NCBI RefSeq assembly: GCF_964213995.1
Contig: NW_027590137.1
Coordinates: 248,001-312,000 of the forward strand
Direction: 5' to 3'
Origin: Mustelus asterias
Lineage: Eukaryota
DNA length: 64,000 nucleotides
The notes under the pieces were generated by a model, which worked only from the letters and a program-made list of their open reading frames with translations, was not told the origin of the DNA and did not search any database. A program made the position numbers and the translations under genes. Of this stretch, positions 47,483 through 61,844 are shown piece after piece. Numbering within the stretch: the stretch's first letter is position 1; each line of letters begins with the position of its first letter.

Positions 47483-48149
47483 CTTGCCCGCAGAGCATTA
47501 CTTCAAGCTTCTGGAATACAAGCTTAATAATAATATTGTATGCTACACCTTGGACTGAAATATCATCACATCCAATAATGGAACAACTGAACATTCAGCA
47601 CTTTGTCACAGGTTGTATCATGAGCTCAGGTATCTGTTGTGGGAATTGAGCACATTAGCATTTGACTCAAAAATGATGTTGATTCCACTGGGATAAGACT
47701 GTTAACCGATCACAGTTCTGTGTTTTGACATAACATTGAGCTCAGTGTGTCTAAACTCTGAGATCTGTGTCCAATATTTCACTGATGCATTTAATTGTCA
47801 GAAGCAAGTCTTTTCTTAGCCTTGAATCTTATTCTGACACGATGCCATTGATTAATGAGAATCCATGTGAAAGTTCCATCAATTCCTAACATGACATCGG
47901 GAAACATGCGAGGCAGAAGGTGGTGTGGAGCTTGACGTTCATCATGCATGAGCTGCACTATCAGAACAGCTGAACGCGGAGTTTCTTTCCTTTAGAACAG
48001 TGCAGTTTATGGGAGATTTAGTACAGAAGTTCAAAGTTATGAATGAGCATGTTTTGCTCATTAGGAAGAAAACGCTATCCATTGGCAATAGGGCCAGTAT
48101 GTAGAAGACCCTGCTTTATTAGTTATTAATTAACTGAATCAATCCTCTG

Positions 48150-50020
48150 ATTACATTACACTGGTCCATACTTCTATTTATGTTGTACCAGACCCAGTCT
48201 TTAATGATATGGTAGTGGACCCTGTCTCTCTTTATACTACATTCGGTCGTTTTTCTCGTTATGCTACACTCAGCCATTTCTCTATTTATGCGACATTAGG
48301 TCCTCTCAATTAGTCCTACAGTGGACCACAGATCTGATTATATTACGTCGGATCCCACCTCTTTTTATATTACACAGGATTTGTCTCTTTACATTACATC
48401 AGAGCCTGTCTCTGTTAATCCAACATGCGACCATGAATATGTTGCCTGTCGAGATATTATCAATCATGATATATGTGGGTGTGCCTGTCCGATACCAATC
48501 ATTCTTGTTTGAAACAGTCGGTTTATTTTTTGCTAATATTTATAAGTAGCTGTGAGAAACGTCTAATCACTCTGCTATTGTGTGGGTAATATTTAGCGTG
48601 AACGTTATAACATTTTCTCAGTGATAAACTGGCATTGAGGGACAGGTCAATATGAACAATAGTGCAGTGCTCTTTGCAATATATTTAGGAATCTCTGTTA
48701 TGATGCCTTTTATTCGTTGTAGATTGTGCTGCACTATGTCAATTTGCTGCAGATTTTAGCGATAAAGATTGTTTCGCCTGTCGTATTTTATTAATAGCAT
48801 TCAACTGATACACTGGCGGTATGAGACAGAATTTTGTACTCGCGCCAGATGGGCTCCCACAGGCCAATTTTCTAACCAATGGTTCATTGTTCATCTGTTT
48901 CAGAAAGAAATAAAACGAAATGGCCACAGAACAAGTTATGTTTGAATAGAATTTAAATATATATATTTTCTGCAATTTCCATTCTTATCTTCAAAATTAT
49001 TTTTCAGTTTGGGATGTGTTAATCTGCCCAGGCCCGAAGCTCTGTTATTCCCTCCCTAAATCTCCTTATCTCACTTTCCTCGTCTAAATCAAGGCATAAA
49101 ACTGTCCCTGTATTGATCGTCCTTTTAGTAATCTGTTCAAATATCTCCTTGCTCAAAAACAAGATACTGCGGATGCATGGGATCTGAAAAATGAACTGCC
49201 AGAAACACTCAGCAGATCATTCATCATAAATGGAGTGATATTAGTGCACTTGTCCATCTGTCTCTCTCTCTCTCTCTCCTCCCTCAGTCAACACTGCAGT
49301 TCATCCTCCAGGATTCATAGCATTTTATTACTGAATTAGGTTATGATTCCGAGGAACATATTAATGGCCATTTTTGTTCTATTGCTTACTATGGTACGAC
49401 GATGTATCTGCTTAAATTTCACTATATATTGAGTTTAGTTTTATTACACTGCCCCTCCTTCTGTTATTACTGCATTTAACCATGTAATTTTTTTTATTGC
49501 ACAGGAGTTGTCTCAGTCATGTCTGTACGCCACCATATCTCGTTTTATCTTTCTTTCTGCACTATATAACGCAACCTGAAGTTTAATTTATTAACGGACT
49601 GGGCCTTGATCTATTAGGGCTACAATTAACCCTGTCTCAGTTAGTACTGTACTTGACGATGTTCGCTGCAATAACCCATTTGGTGCAGTCGTATACAGTA
49701 ATGCACTAGGCCATGCCTCTTTATATACTGCATTTGATTCATTTGAATCATTATTGCAATAGACCTTGTATCTGTTTACATTACATTACGTACCGCTTCC
49801 TTTATATTACATGAAGACATGCCGTGATATATGCTACAATTAATCATTTCTGAGCTGTTGTTGCTCAGTCAATAGTCCACATATGTTACATTAGGTTCCA
49901 TCTCAGATATTATTTTTGGTAGGTTGTATGTCATGCACTACTGAGCACACCCGTACCTCACGTTGCATTACATTGGGTCCGAATAAAAAAGCAGGCACTG
50001 CCTCAGTTACTAATTTTCTA
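48150..50020 (+). repeat. Patches of degenerate ~27-bp minisatellite
   Basis: e.g. gtggaccctgtctctctttatactac (about 48215) and aatagaccttgtatctgtttacattac (about 49758); inverse-orientation patch at about 57680-58350. Confidence 0.55.
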
Positions 50021-50067
50021 TGAAATGCGTCTGATGGATGGAAAAAGAGGAAGACCAAGCTAGCTGG

Positions 50068-50350
50068 ATGGCGCAGTGGTTAGCAGCGGTTAGCACTGCT
50101 GCCTCACAGTGCTGGGGACTCGAGTTCGATTCCTGGCTTGGTCACTTTCTGTGTGGAGTTTGTACGTTCTCCCTCTGTCTGTGTCGGTTTCCTTCCACAT
50201 TCCAAAGCTGTGCTAGTTAGGTGCATTGGGAATGTCAAATTCTCCCTCAGTGTACCCGAACAGCTGCCAGAGTGTGGCGACTGGGGGATTCTCAGAGCCG
50301 CTTCATTGCAGTGCTAATGCAAGCCGACATGTGACTAATAAATTAACTTT
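50068..50350 (+). mobile_element. V-SINE, alternative-tail subfamily
   Basis: tggcgcagtggttagca..gttcgattcctggcttggtcac..ctccctcagtgtacccgaacag..atgtgactaataaa. Confidence 0.85.
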
Positions 50351-51430
50351 AAATAAATAGATACTAACTTAAGAAATGAAACGTATTCGTGTGGATGAAA
50401 GCGGTTGGAAGTATGCATTTCATCTTGTTAATAAATATTCGGTGTTGCACATCATATCTAGTTGCTCACGTATTGTGTGCAATAATTTGTTGAAAGCATG
50501 GGATGAATCTTGTAACATCCTCTTGTTCAAAAGAAATTGAGGAATACAGTAAACGTATGCCACGTTGGACTGCAAATGGATTCTCAGGGACAATTCAGCA
50601 TGACCACTCCTCCTAACCTGCACATCTTTGGACTGCAGGAGGAAAGCGGTAAACCTGGCGGAAACCCACGCACACAATTTGCAAAAACCAGACAGACAGT
50701 TACACAAGCCCGAAGTGGACCCTATGCCCATAACAATGTGATGTACCAGTCATAAATCCTATGTAAATAATTGCAATTAGTTTTAAGAATTTTATGGTAA
50801 TTTGTTCAGTATTTACTTGCACATTCTTTGCCTCAGTCAATGCCTAAAGTTAATGAACTGCTCTGGACGCTCTTGAATGTGATATACAGCTGGCCATTCC
50901 ACTGCCAAGGCATTGCATCTTTCAAATGACTCACTGAACTTCTCTCCTATCTTTCTCTGTCTCAGACAAGACCTAAATCGGAAAACCTCTCTTCTCTCTC
51001 TCAATCTCCTTTAGCTCACTTACACAGGTACCCATGAGCCGGATCTGGCTACTCGTTCAAAAATGTTTAACTTTCATGCTTAAGGCAACTTGTGACTGAA
51101 AAGATGAAACAGAACAATCTCAACAGAGGAAAATTCAGTGCCGGAAACAGACCAGTTCATTCTTTTATACGCTCTCCTCGATTTCACTCACACAACACCT
51201 AACACACTTAAACTTTCTATTTTAGAACACCTGTGCGGGGAAAAATGTTGCTTTAATTTTCCATCTTTTCTCTCAGCGATAATTTTCAATCCATCTTCCT
51301 TTCAATTAACCTACCTAAACCCCAAATATGATCATTTTCTTGATTCATTAACATGGCAATCGAAGTGAATGTAATGCTGCGACCGGCAGCAATTCTGTGA
51401 CTGTTCTTGAAGCTTTCAGAGTGAGTTCAC

Positions 51431-52319
51431 CCTCGCAGGCAGGAAGACTGTTCACGGTGATAACATTAAACTGGCCCCGTTTGTTTCATTCTCAGGTAAT
51501 ATAACTTCCTGATTCTTGTTGCCAGTTCCAAACCACACATCTCACTTCTGAGCAGAAAATAAATCCAGGGGCCACAATCTGACGAGAACATCTGTCAGTG
51601 CGGCCTATATCTGTCCACAGAGCCAGGGCAGAGACACACAGATCACATTGTGGTGACATTTACAAATGAGTCTGTTGTGATCTGTTCAGAGTTTCCATTC
51701 CAGGACATAACTGGATGGTCAGTGGATCAGTCACTGAGCTCTCCCAGGTTTCGTGAAGAAAGGAAATGATAGCTGTTATCTTGCATTGTTCGATCATTTT
51801 CTCTCCATCTGCTATTTATTTTTTGTTCTTCAGCTTTTATCTGTCAGCACCCCGTTTTTCTTTCTCCTAACTCTCCCGGTGTCTCTCTCTCTCTATCTCC
51901 TTGCCAGTGTTTTGAACACTTTTATTCGTGTTCAAAATCATGACGTTTTGAGTGGGGTAATTAAAGAGAGGATATTTCAACTGGGAGGACGGTCAGCAAC
52001 CAGTGGGCACAGATTTATTTTATTGAGCAGAGAGACAGAAATGTGATTGTTTACTTTTACACAAAAGTTGTTGTGGACTGGAATGAACAGCTTCAGAGGG
52101 TGATCGAATCAGATTTCACAGTAACTTTGAAAATAAATGAGATATATCCTTCATGGAGTTAAATGTGAAGGATTTTCGAGAACAGGTCCATTTTAATGGT
52201 TCTTATGCACCATTGTCCTAGCATCGTTTTTGAGTCTCCCCCTGTCCTTCATTGAGACTGAATAAGATGCAATATTTATACAGCTGTCGTCTTGTGCTAA
52301 TCTTATCTTTTGGCAACAC

Positions 52320-52350
<31 letters not shown>

Positions 52351-53625
52351 CGTGTGTGTGCGCGGTGGGGGAGGGGGGGATGGGAGGGTTGGTGGTGGAC
52401 ATTTGCCAGGAACGATGCCGAAATTTAATTATTCAATTCTATTTACAAGCCATCACTTTGAACAAATTAGCATTGGATCGAACTTGTTTCGGAAAAGTGC
52501 AATAATCCTTAACAGTTATTGCACTATTCGTTTTGCCTCCGATGATATTTTCATACTTCGTCTTTTCAGTCTTCACATGTTCCAATTCTGACTGGAAATG
52601 TGGAACTGTTTGTAAGAATGAGAAGGAGCATGTTATTTTCTGTTCCTCTAACAGATTCACCATTGTTACCTCAGATGACAGAATTTTTTGGAGTCCACCA
52701 TGATTGATCCACCCCCCCCCCCCCCCCCCCATGGGAATAACAGCTCTTTGTCAGGTGGAGTCAGTCATTCTTGCGGCTGTCATCGGTTTCCAATCCGTGT
52801 TTGCCACACAAATCACTGCATCACTCGTCATGACAAGGAAACCTGCACAAGGCCCTCGAAAAGATATGCTTCCTTATATCAGGTCCCAGTCTGACTCCGG
52901 GCCCAGCTGTCTCTGTTAGTGAAACACCGGGGCCGGCCATTCAAATTATAATATTCTAATTCTCTATGATTATTTTTCGAAACCGTTACCCAATCAGTTG
53001 TGAATTGGAACCTATATCTGGTTTTGCTACGTTTGACGCCTGCCAATTATTATTGGACAATTTACTTTTTTCTAGAATGATCACACGGAACAAACTGTTT
53101 ATTTAAATGTTATATCATGTTCTGTCTCTCTTATTCTATATATCTAATGCATTAGCTTACATGACTCTCCCGGCCAGTTTATGTTATCATTGCGCCAGCA
53201 TATCTGTCTATATTAGATTAGATTCTGTCTCTGTTGTTACTGCATAATTTTTAATCATTTATGGGATGTGGGCATCACTGGCATCTGTTGCCCTTCCCTA
53301 ATTGCCCTGACAAAGTGATGATGAGCTGCCATCTTGAACAGCTACTGTCCATGTTCACCAGGCAATATCACTGTTTGTATCACACAAGGTCTGGCCACCC
53401 TCATAATATACCTGATCCTGATTCGTCGTGTTACCGAGATTGTACAACCTTTCCACAGTAGAAAATACTTAGGATGGTTACCATGGAATTGGCGAATGTA
53501 ACGGTTAAACAGATCTCTGGAGAACAGCAGATGTTTCAATCCTTTGCATTAATAGGAATAAGAAGTCTGAGAATTACAGATGTAATTATCTCCTGTCGGC
53601 TATATATCCACGGTCACTTCCGCCA
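51431..53625 (-). pseudogene. Possible decayed SRCR-domain receptor gene (promoter, leader-like exon, two SRCR-like exons)
   Basis: ETS site and TATA at 53622-53601; ATG 53484 to donor 53435; splice-bounded blocks 52912-52670 and about 51751-51431 with frame-broken VRL..EGLVQV..IC..DW and ELR.TD..VC.AL.CG..ACE|G motifs. Reconstructed by eye across frameshifts. Confidence 0.33.
52318..52362. repeat. (GT)n microsatellite
   Basis: Direct run of gtgtgt. Confidence 0.9.
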
Positions 53626-53789
53626 TCATTTTCACAAATCAGCACATAATTGAGTCGAAAATCAGGAACTTTAGTGAGATCAATTTCCAGTAATCTCCTC
53701 GTCATTCGAGATGCGATTTATCCATTTTCCAACAGATTTTTAAAGACAGATAAGTCAATGTTGGCAGCAAAATAGTCAGATTGAAACAG

Positions 53790-56282
53790 CAAGAAACACA
53801 AAGCTGTGATAGTAGGGGATTTTAATTTTCCACATATAGATTGGGACTCGCATACTGTTAAAGGTTTAGACGGGGTAAAGTTTGTAAAATGTGTTCAGGA
53901 GAATTTTCTACATCAGTATATAGAGGTGCCAACTAGAGAGGATGCGATACTGGATCTCCTATTGGGAAATGAGTTAGGGCAGGTGATGGATGTGAGTGCG
54001 AAGGAACACTTTGGATCCAGTGATCATAATGCCATTAGTTTCAACCTGATCGTGGATAAGGATAGATCTGGTCCTCGGGTTGAAGTTCTGAACTGGAAAA
54101 AGGCCAATTTTGATGAAATGAGAAGGGATCTGGGAAGTGTGGATTGGCACAGGCTGTTCTCTGGTAAGGATGTAAATGGAAAGTGGGAGGCCTTCAAAGG
54201 AGAAATTTTGAGAGTGCAGAGTTTGTATGTTCCTGCCAGGATTAAAGGCAAAGTAAATAGGAATAAGGAACCTTGGGTCTCGAGGGAGATTGTAACACTG
54301 ATTAAGAGGAAGAGAGAGTTGTACGAAATGTACAGGCAGCAAGGAACAGATCAGATGCTCGAGGAGTATAAAAAGTGCAAGAAGCGACTTAAGAGGGAAA
54401 TCAGGAGGGCTAAAAAAAGACATGAGGGTTGCTTTGGCAGACAGAGTGAAGGCAAATCCATAGAGCTTCTATAGGTATGTTAGGAGCAAAAGGATAGTGA
54501 GGGATGAAATTGGTCCTCTTGAAGACCAGAGTGGTAGACTGTGTATGGAACCAAAAGAGATGGGGGAGATACTAAATGGTTTTTTTGCATCCGTATTTAC
54601 TGAGGAAACGGGCATGGAGTCTACGGAAATAGGGCAAACTGGTAGGGAGGTCATGGAACCTTTACAGATTAAAGGGGAGGAGGTTCTCGCTGTCTTGAGG
54701 CAAATCGGAGTGGATAAATCCCCAGGACCGGACAGGGTATTCCCACGGACCTTGAGGGAAGCTAGTGTTGAACTTGCAGGGGCCCTGGCAGACATATTTA
54801 AAATGTCAGTATTTACGGGGGAGGTGCCGGATGATTGGAGGGTGGCTCATGTTGTTCTGTTGTTTAAAAAAGGTTCCAAAAGAAATCCGGGAAATTATAG
54901 GCCAGTAAGTTTGACGTCGGTGGTGGGCAAGGTATTGGAAGGTGTGATAAGGGATAGGATCTACAAATATCTGGATAGACAGGGACTTATTAGGGAGAGT
55001 CAACATGGCTTTGTGCGTGGTAGGTCATGTTTGACCAATCTATTAGAGTTTTTCGAGGAGGTTACCAGGAAAGTGGATGAAGGGAAGGCGGTGGATGTTG
55101 TCTCCCTGGATTTCAGCAAGGCTTTTGACAAGGTCCCTCATGGGAGGTTAGTTAGGAAGGTTCAGTCGCTAGGTATACATGGGGAGGTAGTAAATTGGAT
55201 TAGACACTGGCTCAATGGAAGAAGCCAGAGAGTGGTTGTGGAGGATTGCTTCTCTGAGTGGAGGCCTGTGACTAGTGGTGTGCCGCAGGGATCGGTGTTG
55301 GGTCCATTGTTGTTTGTCATCTATATCAATGATCTGGATGATAATGTGGTAAATTGGATCAGCAGTTTGCTGATGATACAAAGATTGGAGGTGTAGTGGA
55401 CAGTGAGGAAGGTTTTCAAAGCCTGCAGAGGGATTTGGACCAACTAGAAAAATGGGCTGAAAAATGGCAAATGGAATTTAACGCAGACAAGTGTGAGATA
55501 TTGCACTTTGGAAGGACAAACCAAAGAATAACGTACAGGGTAAATGGTAGGACTCTGAAGAGTGCATTTGAACAGAGGGATCTGGGAATACAGGTACAGA
55601 ATTCCCTAAAAGTGACGTCACAGGTGGATAGGGTCGTAAAGAGTGCCTTTGGTACATTGGCCTTTATAAATCGGAGTATCGAGTATAAAAGTTGGAGTGT
55701 TATGGTAAGGTTATATAAGGCATGGTGAGGCCGAATTTGGAGTATTGTGTACAGTTTTGGTCACCTAGTTACAGGAAGGATGTAAATAAGGTTGAAAGAG
55801 TGCAAAGAAGGTTCACAAGGATGTTTCCGGGACTTGAGAAGCTGAGTTACAGAGAGAGATTGAATAGGTTTGGACTTTATTCCCTGGAGCGTAGAAGATT
55901 GAGGGGAGATTTGATAGAGGTGTATAAGATTTTGATGGGTATAGATAGAGTGAATGCAAGTAGGCTTTTTCCGCTGAGGCTCGGGGAGAAAAAAACCAGA
56001 GGGCATGGGTTAAGGGTGAAAGGAGAAAAGTTTAAAGGGAATATTAGGTGGGGCTTCTTCACGCAGAGAGTGGTGGGAGTGTGGAATGAGCTGCCGGATA
56101 AAGGGGTAAATGATTTTAACATTTAAGAAAAACTTGGACGTGTTCATGGATGAGAGGGGTGTGGAGGGATATGGTCCAAGTGCAGGTCAGTGGGACGAGG
56201 CAAAAAATGGTTCGGCACAGACAAGAAGGGCCAAAAGGCCTGTTTCTGAGCTGTAATTTTCTATGGTTCTATGGTTCTATGG
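53790..56282 (+). mobile_element. CR1 LINE ORF2 (end of endonuclease plus RT), 5'-truncated, frameshifted
   Basis: ORFs 53806-54474 (GDFN, LDL, SDH), 54497-55396, 55354-55728 and 55722-56126; (TTCTATGG)n tail; sister of 17890-20105. Confidence 0.96.
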
Positions 56283-56862
56283 AAATCGTTTTGTGTGCAA
56301 GAGCACACAGCAGAATGGTTGTCAATAAATAGTTGCATATTAAATGTTCTTCAGTTGAAATACAGGACTGTCTGGTGTTTTCATACACTCATGGAAGGCA
56401 GAGATGGACTGAAGGTTATCACTTGGAAAGCTGAAGGGAAATTGCTGAAAGAAATCATTTCTCCAAAGGGGGTAATCGGAAAAAAGAATATTTAAAAGAA
56501 ATAAGCACTCGTATGTCTAAGCAAGGTATGATATGATAATTCTTAGACATCGAACTATAGAATCCCTGGAGTTCAGAAAAAGACCATCTGGCTCTCCGAG
56601 TTTGCATCCCACCCAGGCCCTCCCCTCTGCCCTATCCCCGTTAGCCCCACACATTTACCATGGCGAATCCACATACCCTATGGACAATAACGGGTAATTT
56701 TGCATAGCCAATCCATCTAATACAATCTGTTCTATTATGAACGAAGGACGGGTTTTGTGCAGTAATACAGAGACAGTGTCGAGTGCACCAATTATTGATA
56801 CAGCACTTGTACTAATATGAATGCAGACTGGGTCCAGTTCAATGATTACTGAGAGCGGGTAT

Positions 56863-57648
56863 GGAACAAAGAGAAATTACAGCACAGGCCATCCAAGCCT
56901 GCACCGACCATGCTGCCCGACTTAACTAAAACCCCCTACGCTTCCGAAGACCATATCCCTCTATTCCCATCTCATTCATGTACTTTCCTAGACGCCCCTT
57001 AAAAGTCACTACCGTGTCGGCTTCCATTACCTCCCCCGGCAAGAGTTCCAGGCACCCACCACTCTCTGTGTAAAAAATCTGCCTCGTACATCTCTTTTAA
57101 AATTTGCCCCTCGCACCATGAACCTATGCCCCCCAGTAATTGACTCTTCCACCCTGGGAAAAAGCTTCTGACTATCCACTCTGTCCATGCCTCTTATAAT
57201 CTTGTAGACTTCTATCAGGTCTCCCCTCAACCTCCGTCGCTCCAGTGAGAACAAACCAAGTTTCTCCAACCTCTCCTCATAGCTAATGCCCTCCATACCA
57301 GGCAACATCCTGGTAAATCTTTTCTGTACCCTCTCCAGAGCCTCCACATCCTTCTGGTAGTGTGGCGACCAGAATTGACCGTACATTCCAAGTGCGGCCT
57401 CACTAAGATTCTATAAAGCGTCAACATGACTTGCCAATTTTTAAACTCAATACACCGGCCGATGAAGGCAAGCATGCCGTATGCCTTCTTGACGACATTC
57501 TCCACCTGCATTGACACTTTCAGTGACCTGTGTACCTGTACACCCAGATCCCTTTGCCTATCAATAGTCCTAAGGGTTCTGCCATTTACTGTAAGTTTCC
57601 TATCTGTACGAGACCTTCCAAAATGCATTACCTCACATTTGTCCGGAA
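56863..57648 (-). mobile_element. CR1 LINE 3' fragment
   Basis: ORFs 57227-57628 and 57027-57386 (QRDLGVQV, ERVQKRFTRM, RRLRGDLIE). Confidence 0.92.
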
Positions 57649-58889
57649 TTTCTATAGCGTAGTACTAACCAGCGTGATGTTTTCTCAAATAGACAGAAAC
57701 ATGAATTACGCAACTGTAACAAAGTCAAGGTTCATTCCAATGTAAGCAGAGACAATGTGCACTATAATTTAAACTGAGACAGGTTCTAGTGTAATGTAGT
57801 CTCACATGGACGCTATTAGAATATAGGGATATAATCTAGTGTGATATAAAGTGTGGCAATGCAGAGTAAAGCAAAAACTGAGAGAGGATAATGTGTAAAA
57901 TGAACAGTGGTATGGTTTGACGCATTAATAAAGGACACAGCAGCTAGCGCAATTAAACTCCACCTGTTCAATCGGTTCAAGTACTGTTGAATCTGATTCT
58001 GGGCATTGTATGATATAAACTGAGACAAAGCTGATGCAATAATTTCAAACTAAGGCTTCAGATTGATAAAAGATTTGACAGGGACATTAGAGCAATAAAC
58101 GAGTCATGAAATAGAACAATAATTAGAGACAGGATATTATTCGGTATAAGCAGGGAGGTGGACTGGTGCAGCAGTGATTGAGGTATCGTCGAGGTTTCTT
58201 TACACGTTGCAGATTCCAGCAATGTAATATCAAATTAGGCTTGGTGCGGTATAGTGACAACTGGGATTTTGCTGAGTAGAGAATCAATTGAGAATTATTG
58301 TCACGTAATCAGAAATATGATTTTGTGTCACATAAACTGGGTCTAGTTTAGGATGAATAAAGACTACATCGATTGCAGCAATAACTGAGACGTTCTGTTT
58401 CGCGTCGTGCCAAAGAGCACGGTTTCACTGCCATCTCCTGGACGTCCTTTGATATTGCAGATGTTATGAAATGCTGATTTTCGTTGCTGTTTCTTATTCT
58501 TTCATGGGGTGTATACACAGCTGGCAAGGCCAGCATAATTTGGCAATCGCGAGTACTCTGAATTCATTGGTTTCCTAGATCATCACAGAAGTCATGTAAA
58601 CGCCAAACACGTGTGGGCCTTGAGTCAGCTATGGGCCAAACTGGGAAATGATGGATGGTTTCCTTTTCTGCTGGGCATTAGAGGATCTGCTATATTACTT
58701 GTATTGGCCGCAATTACGGAACGAGGTTTAAATTCAAAATTGCAATTGCATTTTAAAACCCACGTTCTTTTGCAGTTAGATTTGAACATATACCTTGAGC
58801 AAACTGCCTCCCCTCAGAAATCCTCTCCCAGTGATATTACCACTTTGCCACTGACTTCATTTTCCACACTGATAGACTATTTACAGGAG

Positions 58890-60480
58890 AGAAGCAGGCC
58901 ATTTTGAAGCATCATGTATGTGCTGGTCCTCTAAAGGAGCAATTCATCCAATAACACTCTATAGCCCACAGTCCAGCATTTTTTTCAATTCCAGACAATA
59001 ATCCAATCCCATTTTGAAACCATCAATTGGCGCTCCCTGAACCGTACTCTGAAACAGCAGATTGCAGGTCTGAATCAGTCACTGTCCGAAAATGTTTTTC
59101 GTTATGACTCCATGCTTCTTTCACCAATTAACTTCAACCCGCGCCCTCTGTTACAAAATCCATCTGCTATTGAACAATTACTCTCTATCTACTCTGTCAA
59201 GACCCCTCAGGATTTTGAAGGCCTCAATGGGATCACATCAGCAACTTCCTGTCAAGGAAATCAGTCCGAACCTCACCAATATATTTTCGGAACTGAAGTT
59301 TCTGATCTCTGGAACTAATCTCGTATTTTCCCCCTGCATCCAGCCTATTGGCTTTACATTTCTCCTTACGTTTGGTGCCCAGAATTTGACGCAATTTTTC
59401 AGTTGACTATTTTCCAGTGCTTTTTACAAATTTAGCATAACTTCCTTGCTTCTGTATTCTTTTCCCCAACAAAGACTGTTAACTATTTTCTTTTCCGCTC
59501 TTTCAAACTATCTTCCACCATGAATGATCTATGCACATATTCACTCAGGTCCCTCGGCGTCTTACCGCCACATTCATAGCGTTTTCATAATTTCCCTTTG
59601 TCTCTTCACATTCTGCTTAACAAAACTAATCATGTAACTTTACATGCAATCAATTAAATCTCCCAATTGCAGGACAATTCCACAAATTAGTTTTTTTTTC
59701 GTTCTGAAGTTCTGCTCGGTCTTCTGATGGTTGGCAATGTTTCCATGTTTTGCATTATACACAGATTTTGAAAGTCTGACCTCCATACCAAGCTCTCGGC
59801 CATTACTATGCCGGGAAGATCAAGAGTCATATAACCTGTTCCTGGCACCTTCACTGCAAACTTTGTTCCAGTCCGAAAAACAGCTATGAGTTGTTTCCTG
59901 GCACTCAGCCAATTTCCTATCCGTGTTGCTCCTATCCATTTTATTCTCTGATCTCCACATTTACTCACAAGCTGTGATGTAGCACCATATCACATGACCT
60001 TTGGACGCCCATTAAGAGAAATACCCTCACAAACCATCTCTGTTGTTCAGCATTAAACTCAAGCAAGTTGACGAAAAACGATTTGATCTGAACAAATACA
60101 TTCTGGCTGAATTTGTCAAAAAGCATTAAAGTGGGATGATTTCTGCAGTGATGAAGGCAGTGAAGATATGGATGTTATATCTGCTGGCGACACAAGGATA
60201 GATCGTAAAATTGGGCATTGGCGAGGGCATTGGATATATATCAAATATTGTGCACACTACTTGTCTCCTTATCTTAAGAAATATGTTAATGCATGAGAAA
60301 AAGTTCAGAGGAGTTTTACGAAACCATCACCAGCTCTGAGCGGGTGATCTGATGAGGAAAGGATGTTGACGCCAGGTTTGTATCCACGGGAGTTCAGAAG
60401 AGTAAGAGGCAAATTGACTGAAAGCTTTAAAACGCGAAGGGGTGCCAACAGTGTGGATGTTGAGCGGATGATTCCTCTTG
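58890..60480. mobile_element. Highly decayed CR1 fragments (minus about 58890-60070; plus about 60230-60480)
   Basis: Residual motifs ctactctgtcaagacccctcaggattttgaag and agttcagaagagtaagaggcaaattgactgaaagctttaaa. Confidence 0.55.
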
Positions 60481-61409
60481 TCCAATGTTGTAGCTGCACT
60501 GGATATGTCTCTGAGTGTACATTTGTGGGCTCTTGGTATTCCGTCTGTTTCCAATGCTGTTGTACTGTCCACGGAGGGCGCTCTCTGATCGCTTACCGAA
60601 AATCATGGCATCTTTTTGCAGAAAGTGAATATTTGCCGATATGCAAATGGGCGGAGAAAATAAATCCCATCCCATCACATTGTATCTTCCCGGTTCTTTT
60701 GATTCAACCTTTAACTTCAATACATTTATTTAACACAAATGTCCTCATTCTGAATTGAATATCTCTGAAATAGACAACATTGAATTGCAAGCATGGCTAA
60801 TCAACAAAAGAGCGCGAGTCACTGGGAAATACACATCCCATGGTACTTTTTGAAATTGACCACAGTCAGCTTTCAAACAAAAGCAAATATCTTTCAAGGG
60901 AAGAGATTTAAGAATGATCTGTTAGTTATACGTGATCCTTCTTTATTCGGTGTGTGAAACATTCTGGCACTTAAATCTCTTTCATCGACAGGAGGCCCAG
61001 CAGTTCCGCACTGATCCTCGATTTCCTCATCTGTCTGAGTGGTTTTTCCTCTTTCTTTATTCGGAAGAACAATTTTAAAAACAAGCTTCGAAGCAATGTG
61101 TGCCATTTCCTCTAGCTCAGTTACAGTTTCACTAGTGTCTGTCTTTATGAGCCCGCACTACTGGTAGACATGTTTCAGATGGTGATTAAATCTGTTTGTC
61201 TGCACCGGTAAAAGCATTAAATTTTGTTGCGGACTGAACGAGTTGCGAATATATGTACAAACAATACAAACATTTATTTCCTGCCATTGCATCCTAAATA
61301 ACAGCATTTCTGATTTTCCGAAAGGCAATTGAATTAATGTAAGATCCGATTTTCCGAAAAGCATTTGAGTTGATGTAACATCGAGATTCACATAATGGTG
61401 AGCAATGAT

Positions 61410-61722
61410 GGTGGCACAGTGGGACGGCACAGTGACACATTGGTAAGCACTGCGGCCTCACAGACACCTGGGTTCGACTCAAGGCTTGGGTCACTGTCTG
61501 TGTTGAGTTTGCACGTTCTACCCGTGTTCCCCGGGTCCTGGTTTCCTCCCACAGTCCAAAGATGTGCAGGCGAGGTGGATAGGCCATGCTAAATTTCCCC
61601 TTAGTGCCAGGGGGCGAGGTAGGTAAATACATGGGGTCATGGGGATAGGGCCTGGGTGGGATTGTGTTCGATGCAGTCTCGATGGGCCGAATGGCCTCCC
61701 TCTTCACTGCATGATTCTATGA
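61410..61722 (+). mobile_element. V-SINE, CR1-type tail
   Basis: gggttcgactcaaggcttgggtcactgtctgtg..cctcccacagtccaaagatgtgcagg..gatgggccgaatggcctcc. Confidence 0.88.
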
Positions 61723-61771
61723 AGGTAAACCATGCAGGCTTCGCACTCCCTTAATAAGGAAGGTCCGAAAG

Positions 61772-61844
61772 TGCTTCTGCCGGGTTTTGATCCGGGGATC
61801 TTTCACGTGTGAGGCGAACGTGATAACCATGACATTACATGAAC
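61772..61844 (-). tRNA. tRNA-Val(CAC) pseudogene
   Basis: GTTCATGTAATGTCATGGTTATCACGTTCGCCT-CAC-ACGTGAAAGATCCCCGGATCAAAACCCGGCAGAAGCA, 73 nt, aligns to vertebrate tRNA-Val; B box damaged (GGATCAAA) and acceptor-stem mismatches. Confidence 0.85.

Noticed and set aside
51495-51545. FGTG motif on minus (VWFGTGNK) as a TCR or light-chain J segment
   Set aside because: No heptamer/nonamer upstream, no TxLxV continuation and no splice donor.
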